Assembly: GCA_965218295.1 (NCBI GenBank)
Contig: CBDCKN010000013.1
Span: forward strand, 128,001 to 192,000
From: Longimicrobiales bacterium
GTDB taxonomy: Bacteria; Gemmatimonadota; Gemmatimonadetes; Longimicrobiales; Gaopeijiaceae
Reading direction: 5' to 3'
Length of the DNA: 64,000 nucleotides
Of the stretch, positions 29,013-37,679 are shown piece after piece. Position 1 is the first letter of the stretch. The number at the start of each line of letters is the position of its first letter. The notes below the pieces were generated by a model that searched no databases, was not told the origin of the DNA, and worked only from the letters and a program-made list of their open reading frames with translations. The translations under genes were made by a program, and so were the position numbers.

Positions 29013-30148
29013 CGTGCAGGCGGCCCCAGCCGGCAAGGCTGGGGCCGCTTTGGTTCGAGATCCTGGGTGGGGCTCGTTACCCGCCGGGCCAGTCGGACGC
29101 TCCCCGAGCCGGTGTCGATGCGGATCCTGCCCCGGCCATCTCCGATGGTCCCGAGCACGTGATCCCGACCCGCCAGTCGAATCTGCACTGGGAAGTCCAG
29201 GTCGATGCCTCCACTCCCTGTGTCGATCTCCAGCTCTGCGCCCACACCCTCGGGTATCCACACCGTGACGGAGCCGGATCCGGTGTCGACCACCAGATTC
29301 TCGACGTCCTCCATCAGCTCCACCCGCACGCTTCCGCTCCCGGTGTCGAGATAGACGTCCTCGGATCTCACCCGGTCCAGCTCGATGCGCCCGGATCCGG
29401 TGTCCACCCGAACCGTGGCAGCCGTCAGGTTCGTGCCGGTGACGCCGCCGGATCCCGTATCGATGTTGATCTCGCCACCCCGCACGTCCTCCACCTGTAC
29501 TCGCCCGGATCCGGTGTCTACAAGAACGTCACCATCTACCCTGAGGACGGACACATAGCCTGAGCCCGTGTCGATGTTCAAGGATCCCTCGATGTCCTGG
29601 GCCGTCACGTGACCCGAGCCGGCGTCGATGAGAAAGTCCCCTTCAACCCCACGGACGTCGGTCGCACCGACTGCCAGATAGAGGGCGAACTCCTTCCCGG
29701 CCGGCACCTCGATCTCAAGATCGGCGTGGGCCTCCAGCCCACGCCCGGACCCCCGGACCTCCACACGGTCCCCGCCGCGCCGCCCTCCGCCGTAGAACGT
29801 GCCGTCACGGCGCACCTGTACCGTGTTGCTCGACCCGCGGCCCAGCTCCGGATAGATGATCCGGTCGTCCGGGTATATCACCCGCAACGTCTCTGCCCCA
29901 TCCACCGGCCCTACCTCGATGTCGAGCTGGTCCGCGTCGGCGCCCAGGGTCGTGACCCGGACCACGACATCGGACCCCTGCCCGCGGACGATGCGAGCTT
30001 CACCGGCGAGGTTGTATACCGCCACGCCACGACCGGACAGGTGGAACTCCTGAGAGCTCTGTCCGGCGGCCGCCGGTGCCGTGATCACCAGAGCGGCGGC
30101 GGCCACGGTCAGGCGCCAGAGCACGCTCATGAGCTTCCTACCGTTCAT
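28781..30148 (-). CDS. Exported DUF4097-type beta-repeat protein (homologous part ends near 29080)
   Basis: Signal peptide; nine D(T/A)GSG repeats; 3' extension overlaps the convergent kinase gene. Confidence 0.8.
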   Translation of the reverse strand: MNGRKLMSVLWRLTVAAAALVITAPAAAGQSSQEFHLSGRGVAVYNLAGEARIVRGQGSDVVVRVTTLGADADQLDIEVGPVDGAETLRVIYPDDRIIYPELGRGSSNTVQVRRDGTFYGGGRRGGDRVEVRGSGRGLEAHADLEIEVPAGKEFALYLAVGATDVRGVEGDFLIDAGSGHVTAQDIEGSLNIDTGSGYVSVLRVDGDVLVDTGSGRVQVEDVRGGEINIDTGSGGVTGTNLTAATVRVDTGSGRIELDRVRSEDVYLDTGSGSVRVELMEDVENLVVDTGSGSVTVWIPEGVGAELEIDTGSGGIDLDFPVQIRLAGRDHVLGTIGDGRGRIRIDTGSGSVRLARRVTSPTQDLEPKRPQPCRLGPPARHDSVSARFWRRTQGRQLRLSSLGMSTQKALPTARRSTPVSPPIRSMPRRTMASPIPVPGRSEVWSSRSKTPKIRSS

Positions 30149-30169
30149 CGCGAGTATCCTCTCATGACC

Positions 30170-31123
30170 CTAATGAATGTGGATCGAACCGTTTACGGTC
30201 TTCAGGTTGAGCTCCGGTCCACCCTCGCCCAGGACGCCCTGTGCCGCGTGCCTGGACAGCCGCCCCACGAGTTTGAGAGGAAGATCGGCTTCCAGGCTCC
30301 CATTGACCCACTTGGCATCTACATCGGCGTCGATATCGTCGGGCAGATCGAGGGAGATGCTCCCGTTCACTGTGGTGAAGCTCAATCCGTACTCGACGTC
30401 GAAGCTGCCCATGGCCGCCTCGATAGAGCCGTTCACCGTGTTGGCTTCGGCGAAGCCCGTAGTGGCGATCTCGATGTCACCGTTGACCGTGTGAGCGCCC
30501 ACGTCGGAGGCGAGGTCGCTCACCTCCACGTCGCCGTTCACGGTGCGGCCCCTGAACTCTACACCGACGGGCACCTTCACATAGAAGGTGACCTGGACGT
30601 CGTTGTTCCGGACCCCGTTGCGACCGCCGGAGCCGGGGTCGCACGAGTTCTCCCGACCCCTCGACGACGGGTACACCGCGCACAGCGTCACACCCCCGGA
30701 ATGCTCGACGACCTCGATGCGGACGTCGTCCGGATCGCTCCGCCGGGCGGTCTTCTCGGCCCGTACCTCGACGTCCTGGCCGGTGGCCCGCTCAGCGAAA
30801 ACGTCACCGTTCACGCCCTTGATCTCGATGAACTCGCCCGTAGACACGGCGCCACGCCAAGTGAAGTCACCGACCTGCTGTGCCCCGCTTTCCCGGACCC
30901 TGTCCTCGTCGTTCACGCGGGCGCTCCCGGCTTCCTCACCCTGGAATAAGCCAGTCGCCGCATGACTGATGGCCATTACGATCCTCTCGGCCTTGTGAGC
31001 TACCTCCCTTGATCCGCCGATCAACCCGCTGGACATCGCATCACCGCTCCGCGCATTGGCAATAGTGAGCACTCCCGCGGCCACGATCGCGACCACAGTC
31101 GCCATCCGATTCACACCTTTCAT
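30170..31123 (-). CDS. DUF4097-type beta-repeat protein
   Basis: Repeated TVNG(D/S)(I/V) units, C-terminal GEGGPELNLKTVNGSIHI, N-terminal hydrophobic segment. Confidence 0.85.
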   Translation of the reverse strand: MKGVNRMATVVAIVAAGVLTIANARSGDAMSSGLIGGSREVAHKAERIVMAISHAATGLFQGEEAGSARVNDEDRVRESGAQQVGDFTWRGAVSTGEFIEIKGVNGDVFAERATGQDVEVRAEKTARRSDPDDVRIEVVEHSGGVTLCAVYPSSRGRENSCDPGSGGRNGVRNNDVQVTFYVKVPVGVEFRGRTVNGDVEVSDLASDVGAHTVNGDIEIATTGFAEANTVNGSIEAAMGSFDVEYGLSFTTVNGSISLDLPDDIDADVDAKWVNGSLEADLPLKLVGRLSRHAAQGVLGEGGPELNLKTVNGSIHIH

Positions 31124-31187
31124 TCTTCCTCCTTGACCCGCCCTCGCCATGCGCCGACCCAGAGGATGGGCGCTCTCCGTTCAATTC

Positions 31188-32048
31188 TCATCGATTGGGC
31201 GTGCTGCTGGTGGTGCGCATCAGGCGAATGGCCCCGTCGAATGACTGCAGCCGCACCTGGGCCCCACCCCCACCCAACTCGAAACTCAACTTCCTACCGC
31301 TTTCCAGTCTCTGAAGAACGATCGGCAACTCCGTCTCGAACTCGCCGTCGTAGGTGGCGACCGAAACGTCGGCCTCCACGTCACCCTGGACCGCGAACGA
31401 GATGTCACCATCGTGGGTCACCAGCTCGTACTCGCCGTCGGGATGGATTATCCCCGAGAAGTCGATGTGTCCGTCCACCGTGTTGGCGTACACGATCCGG
31501 GCGTCCACATCCATCAACTCGATGTCTCCGTCATTGGCGTCGATGTAGATCTCTCCCCCGACGTCGTAGAGGCTCACGTCGTCGTCCAACGAGGTGAGGT
31601 CGAAGCGGCCGCTCGACCGTCGTACCTCGAGGAAGCCCTCGAGGGTTCTGGCCACCACCTCACCGGAATGGTCTCGCACGGAGATGTCTCCCTCCCTTGT
31701 CGTCACGTCGAGGCCAGCGTTCAGCCCTTCCACCGTCACGTTCAGCTCCCTCCCACGGATCTCCACCTCGAGCCACGCCGGCACCGAAACCACGTAGGAG
31801 CGATTCCGCTCCCTTCCCTTCCGATCCGACGCCCCGACCTCGATGCGGCCGCCCACGCGGTCGATGTCAAAAGGAGCACCCCTCCGCCCCTCGAAGTCGA
31901 TGCTCACCTCCGACCGGGCCCACGCCCGTACGTTGAGATCGCCTGAAAAGTTTTCGATGACGATGATGTCCCCGCGCCGCACCGACACGATCGTATCGGG
32001 GGGGGGTGGAGTGATCGCCAGAAGGCCCGTGAGAAGTACGGTGATCAT
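31188..32048 (-). CDS. DUF4097-type beta-repeat protein
   Basis: Repeated T/NxxGDI units, C-terminal LGGGGAQVRLQSFDGAIRL. Confidence 0.82.
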   Translation of the reverse strand: MITVLLTGLLAITPPPPDTIVSVRRGDIIVIENFSGDLNVRAWARSEVSIDFEGRRGAPFDIDRVGGRIEVGASDRKGRERNRSYVVSVPAWLEVEIRGRELNVTVEGLNAGLDVTTREGDISVRDHSGEVVARTLEGFLEVRRSSGRFDLTSLDDDVSLYDVGGEIYIDANDGDIELMDVDARIVYANTVDGHIDFSGIIHPDGEYELVTHDGDISFAVQGDVEADVSVATYDGEFETELPIVLQRLESGRKLSFELGGGGAQVRLQSFDGAIRLMRTTSSTPNR

Positions 32049-32058
32049 CGTCGCTCCC

Positions 32059-32769
32059 TCAGCCTGTCACCCACCCGGAGATGGCCGAAGCGTCTCGGAG
32101 GTAGTCGACCTTCCGCTGGAAGGTGCGCCCCAGGTGCTCGAGTAGGTACTCGTTTCCGGGATCGGCGGCCAACGCCTCGCTCGATTCCTCGATGGCCCGG
32201 TCGATGATGGCCAGGTTCTTCTCGAGGATGCGCACCGTATTGGGGGTCAGCTCATCGCGATGCTCGGCCATGAGGGCCTCCAGCTGCGCCACCTCCTGTG
32301 TGTAGCCGGCCAGAGTCGGTTGGTCGGCCAGCGAAGCCGGGAGCACCACCGTGGCCTGCGGATCACCGAGGGACCCGGTCCCCAGAGCCATGGGCCGCAG
32401 CGACCAGGCCATGGCGCCCGAGGCCATCATCATGATGACGCTCGCCGCAACCAGCTGAGGCACGGTGAGCCTGACCCGGCGGTCGACCTCCACCGGACCC
32501 GAGCCGGCCAGCCGGGTGGACAGGTCGATAACCCGATCGTCTTCCTGCGGTGCGATCCCGATGGCTTGCGCGATGCCGACCCAGAGGTCGCTCTCAGGAG
32601 GAGACTCCTGGAGGTTGCCGGCTCGGGCGATCACGGCCTTCAGATCCTCCAGCACGGCCCGGCACTCCACACATCCGGAGAGGTGTGCCTCGACCGCCAA
32701 GCGCTCGGCCTGGGGCAAGTCACGGTTCAGATAGTCCGACAGCTCGTCGGTCCAGTGTCTTTCCGTCAT
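32059..32769 (-). CDS. Zinc-finger (zf-HC2) membrane anti-sigma factor
   Basis: LSDYL..L....R..VEAHLSGCVEC (HxxxCxxC), single TM, directly downstream of the ECF sigma. Confidence 0.9.
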   Translation of the reverse strand: MTERHWTDELSDYLNRDLPQAERLAVEAHLSGCVECRAVLEDLKAVIARAGNLQESPPESDLWVGIAQAIGIAPQEDDRVIDLSTRLAGSGPVEVDRRVRLTVPQLVAASVIMMMASGAMAWSLRPMALGTGSLGDPQATVVLPASLADQPTLAGYTQEVAQLEALMAEHRDELTPNTVRILEKNLAIIDRAIEESSEALAADPGNEYLLEHLGRTFQRKVDYLRDASAISGWVTG

Positions 32770-32815
32770 GTCTTTTTCCTTGCGTCGGCCTAGCGTGCCC
32801 TCATCCCCGTGTCAC

Positions 32816-33349
32816 TCAATTCAAGAACGTCCTGAGCATCATGCGAGCGCGGTGGAGTTGGGATTTCGAGGTTCCCGTACTGATCCCCATTCGCTCCGCG
32901 ATCTCCTGATGGCTGTATCCTTCCACGTCGTAGAGCACGAACACCTCTCGCGCCCCATCCGGGAGCACCTTGACGGCCTTCTCGAAATCCAGGCCGAAGC
33001 CGGGTAACCCAGGCCGTCCCGGCATGCTCTCCAGTATCTCCCGTCCACCGAGGTGCCGTGCCTCCCGCTTCCGGAGGCTCTCTCTCCGGGTCAGGATCAG
33101 GTTCACCGCTAGGCGGTGCAGCCAGGTCCCGAAGGCCGATTCACCCCGGAAAGTGGGCAACTTATGCCAGGCCCGGATGAAGACCTCTTGGGTCAGGTCG
33201 TCCGCGGCGTCGTCACCCGCCATTCGCCGCGCGAGGCTGTGAACTCTGGACACACTCGCGCGATACAGCCGCTCGAAAGCGACCGAATCTCCATTTGCGG
33301 CCAGGGCGACGTCCCTGCCCTCAGCCTCCATGGCGGCTCGGGCAGCCAA
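32816..33349 (-). CDS. ECF RNA polymerase sigma factor
   Basis: DDLTQEVFIRAW, FRGESAFGTWLHRLAVN, EGYSHQEIAERMGISTGTSKSQLHRAR. Confidence 0.95.
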   Translation of the reverse strand: MAARAAMEAEGRDVALAANGDSVAFERLYRASVSRVHSLARRMAGDDAADDLTQEVFIRAWHKLPTFRGESAFGTWLHRLAVNLILTRRESLRKREARHLGGREILESMPGRPGLPGFGLDFEKAVKVLPDGAREVFVLYDVEGYSHQEIAERMGISTGTSKSQLHRARMMLRTFLN

Positions 33350-33395
33350 ATTGCTCAGCTCTCACTGCCGGTTCGAGGTTTCCTCTTTCAGACAC

Positions 33396-33424
33396 TTTGA
33401 CATCTCCCGCGCCTCGGGGGTTGG
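33396..33424 (-). promoter_or_regulatory. Putative ECF-dependent autoregulatory promoter
   Basis: Minus strand CCAACCC-N16-GTCAAA, same geometry as RpoE-type GGAACTT-N16-GTCnAA promoters, ~45 bp upstream of the sigma gene. Confidence 0.6.
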
Positions 33425-33510
33425 AATCGCGCGCGCCTTGCGGAACGAGGTCGGCAGGCGCATCCATTCGGCACACGCTGATATTACCCCCAATCGCGTG
33501 GAGGTCACGC

Positions 33511-33861
33511 ATGCCTTTCGCCGCGCTCGCGCTTCTCCAGGCCCCGCCGATGATGCCCATCGACGTGACGGCGCTCCTTGCCGTGTTCGTGGGAATCTCC
33601 ATCGTGCTAATCCCCGTGTTGGGGATCACCGCCCGGTTCGCGCTCAAGCCGACCGTGGAGGCCTTGAGTCGCTTCTTCGACCGGCGCGGAAGCGAGGAGG
33701 TGATTTCCATCCTGGAGCGCAGGATGGGACTCATGGAGCAACAGATCGAGTCCATCGAAGCCAACGTCGACCGGCTGGTGGAGATGAGCGAGTTTCATCA
33801 TGAGCTGCGGTCACCGGCGAAGGATCAAGCCCAGCTTCCCCCTGCCGCGGCGGGAGAGTAG
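33511..33861 (+). CDS. Small membrane protein, one TM plus coiled coil
   Basis: GGAGG SD before ATG 33511; TM (LLAVFVGISIVLIPVLGI); coiled coil LERRMGLMEQQIESIEANVDRL. Confidence 0.75.
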   Translation: MPFAALALLQAPPMMPIDVTALLAVFVGISIVLIPVLGITARFALKPTVEALSRFFDRRGSEEVISILERRMGLMEQQIESIEANVDRLVEMSEFHHELRSPAKDQAQLPPAAAGE

Positions 33862-33919
33862 AGGGAGCGCAGGGCGCGTCTCTCACGATCGCTAAACACT
33901 ACCACACACGGGAGAGCAC

Positions 33920-34732
33920 ATGTTCGAAGGCCCCTTCGAGCTTGATCCGAGACCCTCAGAAGCGCCCTACGACACCGGACCGGGTGACCCGGCCCCGGCT
34001 CCGGAGCTGGAGATCATCGGCCACAGAGGCTACGCGGCAGTGGCACCCGAGAACACCCTAGCCTCCCTCGAAGCCGCGCTGGCGGCAGGCGTCCGGGCAG
34101 TTGAGTTCGACTTGCACGTGGCGTCGTGCGGGACCCCCGTTCTCTTCCACGACGTGAACCTCGGCCGCACTACAAACGGCGTTGGACCGGTGCGACGCCG
34201 GACCCTGGGACAGCTCCAGGCCCTGGACGCCGGCAAGTGGTTCTCGGCCGCATTCGCCGGAGAGAAGGTCCCCTCCCTGACCGAGGCCCTCGACGCGCTC
34301 AATGGCCGGGTCGATCGCATCTACCCGGAGGTGAAGGGGTTCCGAGAGCTGGAGGATCTGGACCGCATGGTCCGCCTGGTTCGTGAGGCCGACCTCGTAG
34401 ATAGGACGACCTTCATCGGCATGGACTGGAACATCCTGGACCGCATTCGTGGTCAGGAGCCGGGCTTGGGCATCGGCTTCATCGTCGAGACCGCCGATCG
34501 GTTCGACGAAGCCTTGGAGCGTGCCGAGAAGGACTCGAAGGCCATTCTCGACCTGAGCTACAGCCTCGCCCTCGAGGACCCGTCCATGGTCGAGCGGACG
34601 CGAGAGGCGGGGATCGATGTGGCCGTATGGACCGTCAACGATCCCGACGAGGCGACACGCCTCGGGGAGGTCGGGGTCACACGTTTCACCACCGACCACG
34701 TCGAGCGACTCCTCGAATGGGTCGATTCCTGA
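33920..34732 (+). CDS. Glycerophosphodiester phosphodiesterase family protein
   Basis: GHRGYAAVAPENTL, VEFDLH, FHD, EVK, VWTVND, TTD. Confidence 0.93.
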   Translation: MFEGPFELDPRPSEAPYDTGPGDPAPAPELEIIGHRGYAAVAPENTLASLEAALAAGVRAVEFDLHVASCGTPVLFHDVNLGRTTNGVGPVRRRTLGQLQALDAGKWFSAAFAGEKVPSLTEALDALNGRVDRIYPEVKGFRELEDLDRMVRLVREADLVDRTTFIGMDWNILDRIRGQEPGLGIGFIVETADRFDEALERAEKDSKAILDLSYSLALEDPSMVERTREAGIDVAVWTVNDPDEATRLGEVGVTRFTTDHVERLLEWVDS

Positions 34733-34745
34733 TCCGCGACACGTG

Positions 34746-36395
34746 ATGTCTTCGTCCCCCTTTGCGGGCTCTGCGGGTCGTTGGGAGGCCCTGGGAAAAC
34801 TGGGCAAGCAGCGTCTCGACCTCCTGATCATCGGCGGCGGCATCACAGGGTGCGGGGTCGCTCGTGACGCGGCTCTCCGGGGCTGGACCGTCGGCCTCGT
34901 GGAGAAGGAGGATTTCGGGTTCGGCACATCCAGCCGCTCGTCGAAGATCGTGCACGGTGGGCTCCGGTACCTGGAGTACGGGCACTTCCTCCTTGTGAGG
35001 GAGGCGGCTCAGGAACGGGAGATTCTGCGCGCCATCGCCCCTCACCTCGTGCATCCCCTGGCATTCATGTACCCGGTCTTCGAAGGTGAGAGCCTCATGA
35101 AGATTCGAGCCGGGCTGACCGTCTTCGATTACCTGGCCAGCACCGACGGAAAGGACAAGCACACGAACCTCTCTCCCGAAGAGGTCCGCGAGCAGCTCCC
35201 GGGACTCCGCGAGCGGCTCAAGGGAGGGGTCCGTTACCTCGAGTACATCACCGACGACGCCCGTCTCACCCTGGAGAACGCCCAGTCTGCGGCTCAGCAT
35301 GGAGCGCTGGTGGTTAACCACGCCCGGGCCGGCAAGCTGAGGATGCAAAAGGGTCGAGTGGTCGGGTGCCAGGTGACCGACACTCTCGAGGGGACTGTGG
35401 TGGACGTGACAGCAAGCGTCACGGTGAATGCCACCGGGGCCTGGTGCGGGGAAGTTCTGGCCGAGGGGGCGATAGCGACGGAGCACCCTGTCATCCCCAG
35501 CAAGGGCATCCACATTCTGCTGCGGGCCGAGCGGCTCCCCATAACCGGGGCGACGTTCCTGCGGGCCACCAACGGCAAGCGCGGACTCGCCATGCGACGG
35601 CTTAACTACGTGTACGTGGGCACGACGGACACCGAGTACGATGGGCCATTGGACCGGCCTCGTGCCACCAGGGCCGAGGTCGACGAGGTCCTCGAGATGG
35701 TCCAGGACTGTTTTCCCGCCCAGAATCTCACCCATGGCGACGTTCTGGCCACCTGGGCCGGTGTACGACCTCTCATCCGCGCAGAGGGGAAGAGCACGAG
35801 AGATACATCCCGCGAGGATGCGGTGTGGCACTCGCCTCCGGGCTTGATCAGCATCGCGGGAGGGAAGCTCACCACGTACCGGCAGATGGCGCAGAGGGTC
35901 CTCGAGATCGCCGATGCCGACTTGGGGCCGGCTCCTGGTCTTCCGGAGCGCACGGCCACGGTGCCGCTCCCGGGAGGCGACGTGGGGCCCGACGGGATGG
36001 ACCAGTTCCACGCGGACAGGGGCCGGAGTCTCTCGGAGATGGGCGTCGCGCCGACCATCGTCGATCGCCTCTGTTGGCTCTACGGCAAGCAGTTGGACGA
36101 CTTCATCGCCCTCGCCGCCGAAGACCCGTCCTGGCTCGAGCCGCTCCATCCCGACGTACCGGCTCTGAGAGCTGAAGTCCGGAACGCGGTGACCCACGAG
36201 ATGGCCTGCACGCTCACAGACTTCATGGACCGGCGAGCGGCCCTCCTCCTCTTCAGCGACAACTTCGGGCTCGCGGCAGCCGCAGCCGCAGCCGACATCA
36301 TGGCCGACGCGTTGGGGTGGCCTGGGGACCGCAAGACGCAGGAGGTCGAGGACTACTACGCCCTGGCGGCCGAGCACGGCCTCCCCTCCGATTGA
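34746..36395 (+). CDS. glpD: FAD-dependent glycerol-3-phosphate dehydrogenase/oxidase
   Basis: IIGGGITGCGVARDAALRG, GTSSRSSKIVHGGLRYLE, DDARL, GTTD, AGVRPL, GGKLTTYR. Confidence 0.93.
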   Translation: MSSSPFAGSAGRWEALGKLGKQRLDLLIIGGGITGCGVARDAALRGWTVGLVEKEDFGFGTSSRSSKIVHGGLRYLEYGHFLLVREAAQEREILRAIAPHLVHPLAFMYPVFEGESLMKIRAGLTVFDYLASTDGKDKHTNLSPEEVREQLPGLRERLKGGVRYLEYITDDARLTLENAQSAAQHGALVVNHARAGKLRMQKGRVVGCQVTDTLEGTVVDVTASVTVNATGAWCGEVLAEGAIATEHPVIPSKGIHILLRAERLPITGATFLRATNGKRGLAMRRLNYVYVGTTDTEYDGPLDRPRATRAEVDEVLEMVQDCFPAQNLTHGDVLATWAGVRPLIRAEGKSTRDTSREDAVWHSPPGLISIAGGKLTTYRQMAQRVLEIADADLGPAPGLPERTATVPLPGGDVGPDGMDQFHADRGRSLSEMGVAPTIVDRLCWLYGKQLDDFIALAAEDPSWLEPLHPDVPALRAEVRNAVTHEMACTLTDFMDRRAALLLFSDNFGLAAAAAAADIMADALGWPGDRKTQEVEDYYALAAEHGLPSD

Positions 36396-36506
36396 GCTGC
36401 GGGAGCACGACCCGGGCGGCCCCGACCTCGTCCCGCGTCGCTCGCGCGTCTTCCGCGCCCCGCCTCGTTGAACTTCGACCACCGATACGCTACCATCGAT
36501 GGGGTA

Positions 36507-36525
36507 GTTGAAAACGATTCTCAAC
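36507..36525. promoter_or_regulatory. Fur-like box
   Basis: GTTGAAAACGATTCTCAAC, an imperfect palindrome matching the 7-1-7 TGATAAT-n-ATTATCA pattern, 12 bp before ATG 36538. Confidence 0.7.
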
Positions 36526-36537
36526 CTCGTTCACAAC

Positions 36538-37653
36538 ATGTCGGTCATCGATCTGGATAAGGTAGAAAAGCGCTATTGGCCCGGGCCCGTCGAGGCTCTG
36601 GCCAATGTGTCGATGGACGTTCGGCAGGGCGAGATCCTCACGCTCCTGGGCCCCAGCGGGTGCGGCAAGACCACCACGCTCCGGCTCATCGCCGGCTTCG
36701 AGGCGCCTGACGAGGGTGAGATTAGGATTCTGGATAGCTCCGTAGCAGGCAACGGAGACTGGGTGCCGCCGGAAGATCGCGGCGTCGGGATGGTCTTTCA
36801 GGATTACGCCCTCTTCCCCCACCTCACCGTGGGCAAGAACGTCATGTTTGGGCTCCACGACCGGCGGGCGTCCGACCGGCCTCGCCGAGCCCGGGAAGTG
36901 CTCGATCTTCTGGACCTGTCCCATCACTTCGACCGTTACCCACACGAACTCTCTGGCGGGCAACAGCAGCGCGTGGCTCTGGCGAGAGCCATCGCCCCGG
37001 AGCCCGTCGTCGTCCTCATGGACGAGCCCTTCAGCAATCTGGACGCCCACCTGCGCGACAACGTGCGGGATGAGGTGGTGGGGAGCCTTCGGTCGGCCGG
37101 CGTTACCTGCGTGCTGGTGAGCCACGACCAGCGCGACGCCCTGGCCATCTCGGATCGGGTAGCGGTCATGAACCAGGGGAGGATTGAGCAGATCGGGACG
37201 CCACAGGAGATCTACAAGCACCCGGAGTCCATCTTCGTGGCGACCTTCGTGGGCCGGACGAACCTCCTGCAGGGCCTGATCCAGGGCGTCGACGGGTGCG
37301 TGCTCACCGACTTCGGATCCTTCTGCCGTGTGGACCGATCCGGCCTGCCGGACGGTGCGCCGGTCATGGTGGCCGTGAGGCCCGAGGGTTTCGAGCCTTC
37401 CGAGCACGGAATGCTCCGGGGCGCGATCACCTCCACGACGTATACCGGGAGCAACGTCGAGGCCGAGGTGGAGATTCCCACGAACGCCGGAGGCCACCGG
37501 ACGCTCACGGTGCATTTGCCCACCAACCAGTCCTACTCAACCGGTGACACCATCCGCCTGGCCCTCGATCCGGACTATGCCTCCGTGGTGCGCAACTCGT
37601 GCGACGCCTTGGGTTTCAGCCGGGTTCCAGCGTCGCCACCGCCGCCGGTCTGA
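36538..37653 (+). CDS. ABC transporter ATP-binding subunit, FbpC/PotA-like with TOBE domain
   Basis: GPSGCGKT, VFQDYALFPHL, LSGGQQQRVALARA, MDEPFSNLD. Confidence 0.92.
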   Translation: MSVIDLDKVEKRYWPGPVEALANVSMDVRQGEILTLLGPSGCGKTTTLRLIAGFEAPDEGEIRILDSSVAGNGDWVPPEDRGVGMVFQDYALFPHLTVGKNVMFGLHDRRASDRPRRAREVLDLLDLSHHFDRYPHELSGGQQQRVALARAIAPEPVVVLMDEPFSNLDAHLRDNVRDEVVGSLRSAGVTCVLVSHDQRDALAISDRVAVMNQGRIEQIGTPQEIYKHPESIFVATFVGRTNLLQGLIQGVDGCVLTDFGSFCRVDRSGLPDGAPVMVAVRPEGFEPSEHGMLRGAITSTTYTGSNVEAEVEIPTNAGGHRTLTVHLPTNQSYSTGDTIRLALDPDYASVVRNSCDALGFSRVPASPPPPV

Positions 37654-37679
37654 TTCTCAGGTCGATCCCCAGAGGATCG

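Noticed and set aside
29100..29620. Regularly spaced ccggatccggtgtc-like repeats resembling a CRISPR or repeat array
   Set aside because: They encode the DTGSG repeats of the DUF4097 protein, vary at third codon positions, and no cas genes are present
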